DNA of 64,000 nucleotides from Takakia lepidozioides. Lineage: Eukaryota; Plantae; Bryophyta. The stretch lies in NCBI GenBank assembly GCA_030704615.1, contig CM060732.1, positions 79,298,001-79,362,000 of the forward strand, read 5' to 3'. The notes below the pieces were generated by a model. It was not told the DNA's origin. It did not search any database and saw nothing but the letters and a program-made list of their open reading frames with translations. Position numbers and translations under genes: made by a program. This document shows positions 37,219 to 51,300 of this stretch, one piece after another. The number at the start of each line of letters is the position of its first letter. Within the stretch, counting starts at the first letter, position 1.

Positions 37219-38354
37219 GTCTGCCATGGTATTGTCATTCCAGTTTGGGTGCTTGTTCAATTTTGCAGAACATCAAATTTGCAGTAATAACTTTTATCAT
37301 GCTGTGACTTGCAGGAACGACAGCGATGGATCTTCAAGAGAAACCCCCATTTGTGGCGAGACTGTTTTCGACAGTCCCCTTTCCACTTTTGTGCTTCCTG
37401 TGTATGCCAAAGCAATGGCACTTCAAATGGCCGAGGCTCTATCCCCTGACTTCTTATTGCCCCATCGCAGGTGTAGCCATCGTAGATCCGGAGTTCTTAA
37501 GTTCTTGGACGTGGATGCAAAAGACGCGGGGAACATTGTACTGACTCTGAGTCAGACTGAACTTCGCATTTTTAATGATTTGTTTATATCCACTTCGGAA
37601 ATGATTGAATTCCCTTGCCTCATTGCAGTTGTTCTGGCAGAAAAGAAAATGAAACAAACAATCCACTCGGATTCAAATGTCAATCTTCATGAATCTATCC
37701 CACAAATCCCTCACACTCATGTCATATCCATTGTGCATTCATCTACTGTTTATTCATGCATCCTCCATTCAAGAATGTTTTCCATTATTCAACATCCATT
37801 GTACTCTCATCCATCCCACATTCATCCATCTGCTTGCATTGTTCCCACACATCCATCTATTTCTCATCCACTCTACATTCATCCATCCTGCATTCATCTG
37901 TTGCTTTCAGGTGGGAATGACCACGTCCTTTTATTATTTCGTCCAACTTGTTTCCACGGTTGAGGGTGCTCTTCTGCGGAAATACATTCTGCTTCTTACT
38001 TGGCGTGCGTTGACGTGGCGTGAGCGCTGTTGCGCTCACGCCGAGGCATCCCTGACTTCGGTGAGTTGTTGGCGACTTTGGAGGAGGCCGAGATTCTTGA
38101 CAGTAAGTACCCACCTCCAAACATTGATATCATCGATCTAAGTTTTGTTGTTTACATGTAGAGGATGCACAAGCATGGATGCTAAGCCAATAAGTTTGCG
38201 CATTCCAAAGATTTCGAAGATATTTTGAAGCGCATGGAGGACAACAAGCATATCCTCGAGCTTGTTACGAGAGTTGGTAAGCACTAGTCAATCTTATGTA
38301 TTCGATCTTATGCATCCTGTGTGTTGGCATGATGTTTAAACTGCTGAAATCTTT

Positions 38355-38970
38355 TGGTCGGAATCCTCGTCAGAGTCCATCCCCTTAGTTATAACTGGTA
38401 TTTCAAGACCAACTCTCAACTCACCAATATGTTCCTGTGGGGGCATCTTTCAGAAGGCTCAGACCAAATACCGGTAAGACCTCCACTCCCTGCACCAGTC
38501 TCTCCTCCACTCCCTGGACCAGCCATCCCTCCTCCACTCGGCCCCAAATTAAAATCCCTCTTAGGCCTAGCATTGTGGTAGAATTTGTGAAGAGTCTAGA
38601 AGATATCCTTAGAGAGTGTATCCAGCCGATTAGAAACCGAATAGGGATAGGTATGTGTTGTGTTCGGAAACTCCAGCAGGCGGAGGAGGTTCTGCGGGCA
38701 CCGTCATGTGTTTAAGGGAGTGGAAAGATGCATCACTTGGTACATAGACTACCCTAACCTTCAATGGATGTGTGAAATCCAAGTAAAAGGAACTTTTGAA
38801 AGGTACAGGTGGAATAGTTGAAGATCCTTCAATGGAGGATCCACATCTCTTCCATGAACTTTCCCGAGACGATGTTTCTGAACTGGAGGAAAGGTGCCCA
38901 AAAAAATTGTACCAATACTCATGCTTGGGTCCAACCTCGCGAAGTAGCAAGAGTGTGGTTTCCCCAAAGC
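38355..38970. repeat. Dispersed repeat copy B (homologous to 12219-12905), with fewer tandem units
   Basis: Direct sequence similarity in the same orientation. Confidence 0.9.
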
Positions 38971-39589
38971 TCATTGACATTATAATACATACATAGTATA
39001 TTAAACAATTGTTCACTACTAAAGTTTAACATAATGTTCTATACATTAGAGAGTATATCTATATCTCAAAATCTTTTGGACATACTAATATCATCGTTCT
39101 TCTTGCATTTGAATAATATGCATCCAAAATATTTATGGACCAGACTAAAAGTTGAGCTCTTTATACAACTTAAAAACTCAAGACTTAATAACTAAAATTA
39201 CTTTATGGGATTATTAGCAGCTTATCTCAACAACACAATTTGGTGCTTCTTTGTACCAAGAACTTTTCAACAGTGGTAACACTATTGGAGATTATGTTTG
39301 GTGAACACTAGTGGGTGTCGTAAGCCTTGTGTATAAGAACGCACATTGAGTAGGTCTAATTTCTCCAAGCTTGTGGTTGATCACATATTGGACCCTCCAC
39401 TTATGTTTAATTTAAATAGCCCATCTAAAATAGTAGACAGTCATTGAAAACTGTGTCGGTAACGCAGTTTTTGGTCCACCTTAGCATGCATCTACCTTAG
39501 CAAAAGGGATTTGTGACCCTACAAATGGTCTCTCTATAAGATGGATATATAGCAGACATAAATAAATGTTGTGTCATCAAGAAAGAAGG

Positions 39590-41900
39590 AAGACTTCATG
39601 GTGTGGCATCAAAGGTGCATTTAAGCTCTCAAAACATGAAGCTGCTAGAAAAGCAAAATCTTTCAGAAGGGTTGCCAATACTTGATGAACTAGATAAAAC
39701 CTGCAAACATTGCATGACAAGGCGACAAGTCTGAGAGCCAGCTCCGAAAATCAGCACAAGAAGGGCTAACAGGCCACTCGAGCTGGTTCACACTGACCTA
39801 TGTGGACCATTGCCAGCAGTATCACTACGCAGTTCTAAGTATTTTGCCACCTTCACAGATGATTATAGCACATTCATTTGGATATTTTTTCTCAAGAAGA
39901 AGTCAGAGACCTTGGAGCAACTCAAATGCTGAAAATCAGACCAAGGAGAAGGTAGGAGCGTTGCGACCAGACCGTGGAGGCGAGTTTACATCATCGGCCT
40001 TTGTCAATTTTTGCAGAGAATATGGAATTAAGATGGAGTTGACACAAGCACATACTCTTCATCACAATGGAGTTTCTGAAAAGAAGAATCGAACGTTGTT
40101 GGAAAATATTCGGAGCATGTTTCTACCCAACAAACTCCCAAATTATCTCTGGACAGAGGCCGTTAATGCGGCAAACTATTTGGCCAATAGACTTCCTACT
40201 CGTGCAAACGAAGGTATGACTCCCATCTATAAGCTTACAAGCGAGAAACCTCAGCTAGACCATTTGTGAGTCTGGGGTTGTGAGGCGTTCATGCATATTG
40301 CTAAAAATAAAAGAAATAAATTTCAATCCAAGTCATAGCGATGGCTTCTAGTAGGGTATGATGAGCAGAGTAAAGCATATAGGTTGTTCAATCCAAATAG
40401 GAAAATCATTGAAATCAGCAAGGATGTCAGATTCAATGAGTCCAAGTTTGGATTAAGGGCATTAAATGATGTCAATGCACTACAAGGACCGACACAAATC
40501 AGTCAGTTTGTCTTCGGGGGAGTGGAATGTGACTTGAGAATTAAGCTTGTGGCATCACATGCTACAATACAAGAGCGTGCTTTGTCAAGTAATGGAAACA
40601 CCGATGCATCTGAAGGGTCTTTTGACAGTGAAACTGAGACGATGCAAGGAGTGACATCACCTTTGATGCATGATGGCTCTTTGTTGAATAGTGGCAACAT
40701 CTCAATAGAAGATAAGCACACTTGAGGGAGAATATTGTGCCACGATAATCAAGAAGACAGAAACGTCTGCCAAACAAGTACACTGACTTCATTATGTAGG
40801 CCATAGAAGAGCAGGAACCCGTAACCTTTGAAGAAGGGATTGCGAGTAGAGGCCGGAGAGAAGCTATGAACTCTGAGATGGAGTCGATCGTTAAAAAAAA
40901 AACATGGGAGTTCGTAGATCTTCCTTCGGGAAAACAACCCGTAACAGTAAAATGGTCGATGTACAAGATAAAAGATGGGATCAATTGGAAAACCTAACTT
41001 GCTGCTGCTGCTCTCAGCGCCCCCCAGGAACCCATAAGAATTCACGCGCACATGCAAGCGCTCGTGCAACAGTACACATACAAAAAAACATGTTACAAGG
41101 CAAGGCTTGTAGCTAGGGGATTCCAATAGATTGAAGGTTTGGATTATGATGAGACGTTTGCCCAGTGGTAAAATGGGTGATTGATCAATTAGACGTGAGG
41201 GATGGGAGATCGATCAATTAGACGTGAAGACCGTTTTTCTAAATGGGGAGTTGTGAGAGAGAGTGTATATGATGCAACTTGATGGATTTATCAAGCCAGG
41301 AGAAGAAGGAAATGTCTGCAGGTTAAGAAGAGCATTATATGGATTGAAACAGGCTCCAAGAACCTGATATGAGAGGATAGACACCTACTTGAGAGCACAT
41401 GGACTCAACAGTTCTAAGTGAATCATATTATAATCTCTATTCTTCAATGAGGATGACAAAACAGTCATACTAGCACTCTATGTGAATGACCTATTGTTGA
41501 CTGGTAGCGAGATTACCAAGATTAGCTGACTCCAAATTACCCAACTCGAGAGTGTCTTCAAAATGTCTAGCCTCGGCCGACTGAGTAGATATCTCGGAGT
41601 AGAGTTTGCCCATGTTGACAAGGGGATATTCATGGGGCAAAAGCTCTACACTATGGACATGTTGAGAGAATTTAGCATGGAGGATTGCAGAACGAGCAAA
41701 ACGCCCATGACAGAGCTGGGACTTAGGTTAGCAGCAGACATAGGGACAAAAGCAGTAAATGCAACAATGTACAAAAGAATGGTGGGGAAACTTATCAGCT
41801 TGACCAATAGTAGACCCGACATTAGTTATGCAGTTGGAGTAGTAAGTAAATTAATTGAGATGCCTCATGAAACGCATCTCAAAGTAGTTGAATTCATATT
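39590..41900 (+). mobile_element. Highly degenerate Ty1/copia pol (integrase and RT); no LTRs recognised
   Basis: LELVHTDLCGP; LRPDRGGEF; HHNGVSEKKNRTL; LWTEAVNAANY; HL*VWGC; YKARLVARG; QLDVKT.FLNG; LYGLKQAPR; SRPDISYAV; many stops. Confidence 0.9.
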
Positions 41901-44019
41901 TCGACTTGGCCCTCCATTCACAACCCAGTTAATGCTTTGCTGCCAACTTTGGTGCTGGATTGACCTTACTGTGTGATAGTTTATGGATGACCAGCTTTGC
42001 TAAAAGAATTACCCAAGTACAAAACTTGTGATGTGGTAGTGCAAGAAAGTATCATACAAATCTGGGAAAGTCATGGGTTACTAAAGTTGTATTTAGACGA
42101 ATCAAAGACTGTAGAGGAATTTATAATTGGTATACATTTAATGCTTGTCTTTGTTTGCAGGGCCATGCAAGGTAGTCTATGAGACCGTCGTATTAGATAC
42201 GTCATTGTGACCGTTGTCAGTTTGTGGGTCAACTTTGCTACTCTTTCACAACACTAGATAAAACATGAATGCGAATGACTCTTTTGAAGATTAGATGAAA
42301 ATATAGGGAGCCGGCAAATTGGGAATTCTCTCATGGAGAAGAAAGCCATCACCTTGAAGACAGTCTACCCCTTGCAACAAATTTTGATCATCGGCCAGAT
42401 TTGATAGTTAAACAAGTTATACTCAATCAGTCCATAATCTTGTAGGCAACATGGAATCATCATGGTGCATCAGTACAACTACAAGAGTACATGTTAAAAT
42501 AATTGTAATTTGGGGGTCTGAAAACAAATGTGAACATTGAGAAGCAGGTATTGGGAAATTGCTGACTCAAATGCCGACTAATTGGGATGACTACTTAGAT
42601 GAAACAAAGGCCCACACATCGTGGATGGATACATATCTCCAATGGGGTATGATAGATGCACTTGTAGCGTTGATGTATGTGTGTTGGAGCAGAGGCTTTC
42701 GCACATGAGTGAGGGATCTCTCATTCAGCCTTAAGCATATCAGGAACCATCTTAGTTCCGTCCAATTATACCAAATGTCTCAAATTTTTGTTCCTAGCAT
42801 GAAGGATTTTTATGCAATCCGCCAATGAAAAATGTGATTGTCCACAATGTGTTGAGAAGTGTGTGGTACAACGACAAAGAACAAGGTTGCATTTGCATTT
42901 GCGGATTACCCTTCAATTATTTGTCAACTTAGACAAATTATGCAGTCAAATTCTTTTTGCCATAACATTATATCAATATGGTGATGTAGGAGCTAACGGT
43001 TGCAGGGCAAGTTTGTTCAAGATCAACCCATCCACAATTTTGGGATGGAGAAAAGATGCGCATCTATTGCATGTACTTTAATTGTACCAACCCACATTGT
43101 GGACAAAATTATAGAGCTTTCCCACATATGTGTGATGAGTTGCGTGATGCATAAGACCCTCTTCAACAACTATATAAGGTTGAATGCATGTGCTGCATGA
43201 AACCAATTGCAACATAAAACGTTATTGTAGAGAGATCCAATGAACATTGGTTTGATGGTGCACTGGGATGAATTTTTATCAACTCGACATAGAAAGTTGC
43301 AATTGTTGTAGGGTCATCAAAGTAAAAATCCTCAAAGTTGGTAAAACAATCAGTTTATTAGGTCTACTAGTTCTATTCATTTAACCCTTAGACGCACGCC
43401 AAAATACAGGAATCTTGGATATAATAAGAGTAAACAGTGCTCTAGTAAGGATTCTGATATCCCAAGGTTGCAACACTGGCATAATAGTGCCTCAGTGAAG
43501 CCCACCGGGCCACCGGCGCCCATTCTGTTTGCCACGCTTCTTTTGTCCAATTAGGTGCCATAAATTCTGGCCGGCGCACAATTTCAAGCGCTACAACTTT
43601 CGTTCAGATGGCATCTTCATCCAGAGTCATCCAAGGGGCCACATACATTCAAAATTTTCAGGCGACCCAATTTAGATTGCCTCCTCCATTAGGGGCAATT
43701 AGGAAGGTTTTATCCACTTTCATTGGGATATCACTTTTCTCCTCTAAGCACCTTGCAAGTGGCACTGATGTTGATGTCAGGGTGCTGTTGATGTTTACCA
43801 CTCAATATATGAAGCCAGACGTTTGTTTGTTTGTTTGTTTTGTCACGTTGAGATGACGCGACCCGCGGGGCCCCACCGCTGGTGCTTGGTATTGTTGGAA
43901 AGCCCTCAACGAGGAGGGGTGCACGGGCTTGGTCTCATGATTTTTGGACCTGCGGTGTGGGAGATGTGGAATTTCACGTACTTTTGGTTGCTGGAAAGTC
44001 CTAAGAAATAGCAAAGTGG

Positions 44020-44120
44020 GCATTCATGGGACAAATGGTTGAAGCCTTGACATGAGAGATATCAAGGGAAAGGTCTCCGGTTCAAATCCGATCGTAGGCT
44101 CTGTGGAAAAAAAATAAAAT
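44020..44120 (+). other. tRNA-derived (SINE-like) head with A/B boxes and A-rich tail
   Basis: TGGGACAAATGG (A-box-like), GGTTCAAATCC at 44079 (B-box), stem CCTTGA/TCAAGG; no proper acceptor stem. Confidence 0.35.
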
Positions 44121-44154
44121 GATCAGACCTAGATGACTTAGATGATATTGGACA

Positions 44155-44370
44155 CCTAGGCCTCTACATGGGAGATGCACTTGGATACATGAATAGAAGA
44201 TTTGCACTTGGGCTTAGATGAGCCTCCACATAGGAGACGCATTTGGATACATAGGAAATTGCACTTGGTCTTAGATTTCATTTTTGACACATGGGCCTCC
44301 ACATAGGAGACGCACTTGGATACATATAGGATTGCACTTGGACTTAGATGACACTGCACACTTGGGCCAA
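44155..44370. repeat. ~3 diverged tandem units of ~65-85 bp
   Basis: Recurrent GCCTCCACATAGGAGACGCA(C/T)TTGGATACAT...TTGCACTTGG.CTTAGAT. Confidence 0.8.
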
Positions 44371-45373
44371 CTGCACAGACTACCCTAGTACTTTTTATTT
44401 GTATGTTTTCACTTGATCCAAGGGATGCTTTCACATGTTTTTAATGCGGTGGAGGAAAGAATCAATGCAGAGCAAAAAAAATTTGGGTTCACTCTGACAT
44501 ATGATATGTAGTGCAAATTTCCTATTCAATCCTGGTAGAGCCGTGGGTTGTCAAAAGCTGTTCTCAACACTGTGAAGACCTTGTTTAGAGCATGGCGAGT
44601 TTGATAAGAGGATCGAGTTAGATGGACCTAATGATGCCCCTCTGGAATACCTACGTAGCGGGCACATGTCACATCTCAATGGGCACCTAAAAATTCCCAG
44701 GTTCCCCAGGTGCGGTCTGCGTGCCCATGTCATGTGCCCAGAGATTGTTGATAGTTAACGATTTTCTACGAACCCAAAACATTCCGGAGATCGGTAGACC
44801 TTACCCTAATTCCGTTAACAAAAGGGTGGATACCGGCAGTAGAAAAGCACAAGCCTAACGGCCACGCCTGCCCTCTCCCTCCGTTTTTTGAATCCCCCCT
44901 CTCCCCTTTCCCTTTACAGATCTCTTCGTGTCTGTACCATGGAGTATCTATCTGTACCTTCCTCTTGAACAATCTGGAAGGAAAGGGAAGCGATGATGCT
45001 TAGAATGCATCGTTTTCGTCGATTTCAAGGTCATCTCTGTTTCTTGTAGTTGGCTTGGCAAAAGAGGGCCACGGAATTGCTCGGTTGTTATCAGGAGTGT
45101 AGTGGCCCACTTTCAATTTTCTTGATCAATTTGGACACTGCGGATTAGTTTTCTTGGAGTTTCTACTGAATCTGGAAATACAATTCCTTACATTGCATAA
45201 CAGTATGTCCGGCAAGTGCTCATCTATAGCAGTATTCATCGATGCAATGCTGTTTACACTTACAGACCATGTGCAAAATTCCAATGTTCGTGGGCATCTG
45301 CAGGAAAGGGTAATGGGGTAAGCCAGCTGCTGAATTAATTGAAGACATTGGTTCTGTTAGGAAGAAAGGCAGC

Positions 45374-48300
45374 ATGAGGCTTCTCAGACGAAAAACCAAA
45401 AAGCTCGACCAGTGTGGGAAGGTGAGAGAAATCGATAGATTCTAAATCATAAACAATGTTGTGACTGTCAAAGTCCAGTGAGAGGTTCGAGCTCCCACGC
45501 ATTTACCTTCTCATCGGACATATTGAACAAGACATTTACTAAACTAGGGTGTGAGTGTAACATTGTTTGACTTGTTGACAGCTTCAACACAAGCTTTGTT
45601 GAAGGTTGACACATGGTGCATCTCATTGGAACTTTTTACAGTAGCAGGTTGGGAATGCCACGGAGCTATGTGAATTGCTTCTTTTAGTCTACCCTGTATG
45701 TCATCATCATTAGTTTCAACCTGGTTATGTGGCTTTGGAAGGTTGTTTCTACTACACAAGCATTCCTATTTTGTTGCGAGGCACTCTTAGCCTGACGGCC
45801 GTGGCTGATGCTCAATAATGCTGTTCTACTCAGTAAGATGCCTCGTGGATGCGAAATTACTTGTACTCTCTAGCCTTCTAATCGTGTCATTCTTACACAC
45901 TGTTTCCAGTAGCCCTTAGGCACTTTTTCGGAAAAGGCTTATACTCTTCTGTAAATTTCGAAGTGGGGCTTGGCTGCGATGGCTGCAGCTAGAGCTCGAG
46001 AGAGTAATTGGATTGACAACCGTATCTGCAAGCGGGCTTGCATGCAATGTCGTGACTGGAGACTTGGCCTACTTGGCGGGCTGTGTAGTAGTGGTCTATA
46101 ATGTGAAGACCAACTGTCAGACCCGGTTCCTTACAGCTTCAAAAATTCCGAAAGCCTTTGCATGTGTTGCCTACTCACACCAAGGATGCAAATATCTCGC
46201 AGCTGGAGAGGTAGGTCTCGTAGCCCCAATTGACCTAAACCTGTTGATACATGGGAAGGCTTGATCAACCTTTTTACTAGGACCACCTGAAGGCTCTTTT
46301 GATTAGTTGTCAAGAAGATCTGGTCTGGATTTGTGCCAATGAAGTAAATGGTTTTCAGTATGCATAGCCCCCCTCAACAAAATCATTCCCGTCTGTCTAT
46401 AGGAATTTCTGATTGCTACAGAGGTGTCCTAGATGCACTTTGAGACAGCTGGAAAACTTAAAAGCTCAAGGCAGCCACACCTTGGAGATGATGGTAAGCT
46501 CAATACCTTCAGTGGACTGTGGCAGATACCAGATGTGTCTGTGCTCTCCCCAGCACCCCTACCTTGGATGTACAAAATATGTGCCCTTTGTGTGGACCAA
46601 CTCTAAGTGGCCCTCTTTCTCTGCAGTCAGGGCACCAGCCAGCTGTTATCGTCTGGGAGGTGGCCACGGGAGCTTGTATCGCAGACATGAAAACTCACAA
46701 ATATGGTGTTGCATCTGTTCAATTTTCACCAAATGGTAAGAGAGATCCATGTGGAGCCAGCAGTAAGGCCAAATTTATTGTGGGTATTCTAGAATTTTCT
46801 GATAGACTCTGCAGAATCTGCTATGTTATGAGTGATTTCACTTTACTTGTGTCTGACATTGGGAATGGATGACATCCTCTGCAGCTCTGTCTCACTGCAC
46901 CTTTTCATGCTTGCTTACATTGTCGTCTGTGATTTTTCCTTTCTTCGTGAATTGCTGTCAACTATTGTGCTTTCGAGAAACTTTGTGGTGTCTCTCTCTT
47001 CCTCTTTCATTTCATTATAAAGCACCATTTCATTTCATTTCTTCCTCTTTCAGTGAATCTTATAAAGTATTCTTTCATTTCATTTCTCCTGTGCTACTGT
47101 CTTAGGTTAGGGTTCGTACCTGTCAATACACCTCATTCTTGTGATACTTGCCAGATGTTGTGGATCTAGGCTCTTGATCCTGAATGAGTGCGGATGGTGG
47201 TAATTTGCAGGGAAGCATTTAGTATCAATTGGCATGCCTCATGATGGATATCTGTGCCTCTGGGAATGGAAAAGTGGCACATTGCTGATTAAAAGTCGAG
47301 CATCGACAGCATCCTTACCAGCTTGTGCCTTGCAGTTTGCATCAGATGGGAGCTTCTTGCTGACTGGTGGTGCCAAGCACCTTAAGCACTGGACTATTGC
47401 GCCTCGGGCTCGCTCAGCTGGAGGCAATGGGAATGTTGGGATGGAAGGAAGGTCTGTCAAAATGGGTAGTCAGAAAGACAGCTCATTTGTTTCCATATCT
47501 TGTGCAACTTCCTTGAAAGAACCGGGTGCAGGTGCTCCTGATTTTCAGCCTCTCTATGCATTGACTGCTGGAGGTAAGAATCGTATGTCACCTCAAGATT
47601 TATCCTTGATGCATATCCTCCTTTTTTGCTTAAGGTAATGTGGGGAAACTGGTTAGAAGTTGGGTACCTAATTGTCCAGTACATTTGGAATCATTGCATT
47701 TGAGACTCTGATGAAAGTGTCCACGGCTCCTGGGGCACTTCTTTTCTTAACAACATCTTTCTAATTGCAACTGTATTCTTTAGTTAGATCAATAGTAAGA
47801 CTCGACAATGCAGGACACAGCCACAGGTATATGTTTGCATCCATCCGGAATGCACTTGTGGTATTATATCAAGATGGCTCATATGACCAAATCTAAGGTG
47901 CAAAACTGGATGTAGGAAGCCACCATGTTGTCCCCAAGAAAGGCTTGGTGACAGACTGCAGTTGTTCTGCAACTAAAGGCAGGTGTCTGGGATTCACATT
48001 GCTGTTACGCAGGTGTTCTGTGCTTGCTTCACTGTGGTCTGGCTATTGAGAAGTGGGTTGATCTAAAGGTACACACTAATCCTGTATAGAATCTATATGG
48101 TTTTTTAGGTCTGGTGAACTCTCCAAGAAGGGCCTTCAAGTGAGGAGTCCAACAGCTTGAGACATCATCATGTATTCATGGTAGTAAATGGACAGGGGTA
48201 GAATATGGGGCTCTGAGGTATTAACAGTTCTATCCACCGTACTCTCCACTTCACTGCTGATAAAACATTAGGAAGTGTTTGTGAAGAATTTGGCTAACTC

Positions 48301-51300
48301 TATTATTAATGCTGTTGTCGCATGAATATGGGAAGAATGAAGTGCTGATGTACTCACTGCATGAGAGAATCGTTGCATTCACACTGTGTCTGCAGATGCA
48401 ATATTACCCATCCCAGTTATTCCAATATGCAGTTGTATTGCTCCATTCAGTTTTCTTGATTTATGATTGACACAATTTCCAATAGCAATCTTTATCTCTG
48501 TAGAAATCAGCTACAGAAATTATCTAGTTAGATACTAGGGAGCTTCAGACAGTACCAGTATCTAGTATGATTATCTAGTATGATTCTGTAGTCTTTAATT
48601 GGAAATGCTTTCTGTAGTAGAATTCTGTAAAATTGTGTATACAAATTCCCAGGTCCGGCATGGATATGGCTTGGCTGTCTCGGAGGCCCATGTGGCATGT
48701 GCATGCAGTGATGGGATCATACGAATTTTTATGCATGGCAGTCTCACCTACTCTGCCACATTGCCTCGACCTGCCCCCCATGGCTATCATGGTCTTACGG
48801 ATGCGAACGTTGGTGCTACCCTTGCTGTGGGGCATCGCTTACAACCAGGCATCAAATTCCCAGATGCGCTTGCCTGCAGTTTCCTGCAAGATGGGCAGAA
48901 ACTTGGTGAAAAATCCCATGCTCTTTGCTTTCAAAAGTTGTGTAACCGGACCATGTAAAATCATGCAAATGGTAAATGTTCATGTTTCTACTGAGTGATA
49001 GTAATCCCCAGATCCAAAATAAGTGCAGCCTGCTGACCCTTTGTGGAGATATTTGGTTCTCGGTCATGGGCATAAGTATGTTACTGCTAGAATTCTGTCA
49101 GATTTCACATAAGAATCACATAATTACTACTGTTTAGTGCCTGGCTTACAGAACATACATGTACCAAGTGAGGTTGGTATACGGTTTTATTCAACTAGTC
49201 CATCTAGCTTACTAAGCTTGTTACTCCTTGAATTGCAGCTGTTATATATGGTGACCACAGCCTCTTTGTGTGGGATGTGCGGAGTTTGTCGAAGGTCATT
49301 GCTCCTTATGCTTAGATCTCTGTAGGATTGTTACATATTTAATATTTTCGGCTGCCTATTACACAACCAGTGCCTCTAGTGCATTCCAGGTTGGGCACGG
49401 TTGTAGGCACCATCTGCAGAAAAGTTTGAATCAGAATGTCCAATGGATAGGAAGATCAAATAATCAAAGAGAAAGAAGGAATGACATTTTTTGATAGCAT
49501 AGGAGGCCAGAAGGGATCTAATCCATTGAAGAGTAAGGTTGGTCTCCTATCTAGTCAATGCTAAGGAATAGAAGTGTACCTTGAATGATGACTCCTAAAG
49601 AATGAACCACAGAGAAAATGCATAGATAATCCTACGGCTGAAAGGACATTTGAGTAGTTGGTAAATGCAAATGTTGTCAGCAAACTATTTAAGGACTGTC
49701 ACAATCAGTGAGGCTCTTACAGCAAGTCTTGTTGTTGTGATGCAGATAGGGAGATATCGTACATTCCTTTCCCACAGTTCATGTATATGGGATGTCATGA
49801 TATTGCCAACACCGCAGCAGGCCACAGCGCTGCAGTTGACAAGTGAGAAAGACTGTCTGCCAGGCGGAGCTTTTGCGACATGCTCTGCTGATGGGACAAT
49901 CCGGTTGTGGTATCTCGGCTTAGGCCAGGAAGGAGCTGGCCTGGGGTCCAGTGCTTCCCTATCTCACAGTACAAGGCCTGTCAATGTGTACAGCAAGGAC
50001 ATCTTGGATGTCATCTATATAGGTTGGTCATTGTCTTCCAATAAAAGCCATGGTTTTGCATGGACAAATTTCCCCTTGACATTCAGGTCTTACACTACCA
50101 TATACATTCTAACCCTAATGGATCTGCGGATCATGCTGGATCTTTATTTGTGGAGCTTCTAAGTCATAGCTTCATGTTTAGTTGTAGCTGTGAACCATGA
50201 TGCAGTTTAGTCCAAGCATTTGAAACAAGAAAGTAGGCAAACTTGACCAAACAGCACGGGATCCCCCAAACAGAAATTAGATCTTATTTTGTTTTTGGTT
50301 GCAGACAATAGGGGGGAGCAGAAGGAAAGGCCATCACTTGGTTCTACAGATGAGGAACCTGTGGATGCATCTCATGGGTTCCGCTCGATTTCTGTCAGCC
50401 CAGATGGGCAGCACTTGGCAGCTGGTGACCGCAGTGGTAACCTCCGCATCTACGACCTCAATACTCGACAGCTTATAAGTTTCCAGGTAATATGTATTAT
50501 TTTGATCCAGTGGTTAATGCAGCTTTTGGTATTCAGGTCATATTGATATACCTACTATTATGTATTTGAGCTAAAATATTCTCCTGGATAAATGTTAAAG
50601 ACAAAGTCTTCTCCTTCCAGAAGGCAACTGAGAGGTGAGTTAGAAACACTTGTGAGAGCACGTCTACAGTTACAATACAAAATCTTACTCGTCATGGGTG
50701 CCTAATTGCTGACGATGGGATTCCATTTGTATTTTCTGTTCACCATACAATGTTATTGGGCCCTTGTGATATCAGTGTTTGACACATAGATGGGGCAAAC
50801 TGGGGTGGTACTGTTGTGGAGATCTTTGCAGGAAGCACATGATGCTGAAATCCTTTCATTGAGCTTCACTTCTCTATTCAATACCAGTGACAATTTGATT
50901 GAACCAGCCTTGGCCATGCCTCTATTGGCTTCAGGGGGAAGAGATCGACTCATACACATTTATGATGTCAACAGGTGGGCTTATGTGGCTTCAGAGATTG
51001 CCAGCATTTGTCATTGTTCCAGCTATGTGAACCTCAGGCTCAGTTTTACTTCTGCCTGGCACCGGTTTTTCCTACTGGCTACAAAAAGGCCTATGCCCAG
51101 GCCGTCACTTGTGTTGGGGCCTGCTTGTATCCCTCTTGCAAGCTCCTGTTGTTCTATATCATGTCCTGCAGTGATGCAGTAATATTAACTGCTGCTTGTG
51201 CAGGGGCTATGATGTGATTGAAACACTGGATGACCATTCAGCGTCAATCACCACAGTGAAGTTTGCATGCGGTGGTTCTAAGCTGCTTAGCTGCAGTGCT

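Larger units (their letters stand above)
27837..38054. mobile_element. Mutator-like DNA transposon (~10.2 kb including nested gypsy) carrying transposase and ParB-methyltransferase-like cargo
   Basis: 8-bp direct repeat ACTTCGGT at 27829-27836 and 38055-38062; imperfect inverted ends sharing GGCGTGAGC; internal MULE transposase. Confidence 0.75.

Noticed and set aside
37100-38141. 287-aa and 154-aa ORFs with His/Ile/Pro-rich ends
   Set aside because: Largely translation of low-complexity CATCCAT-rich sequence; no domain recognisable
42000-43350. Cys/His-rich decayed coding-like sequence, possibly a transposase relic
   Set aside because: No diagnostic motif identifiable by eye
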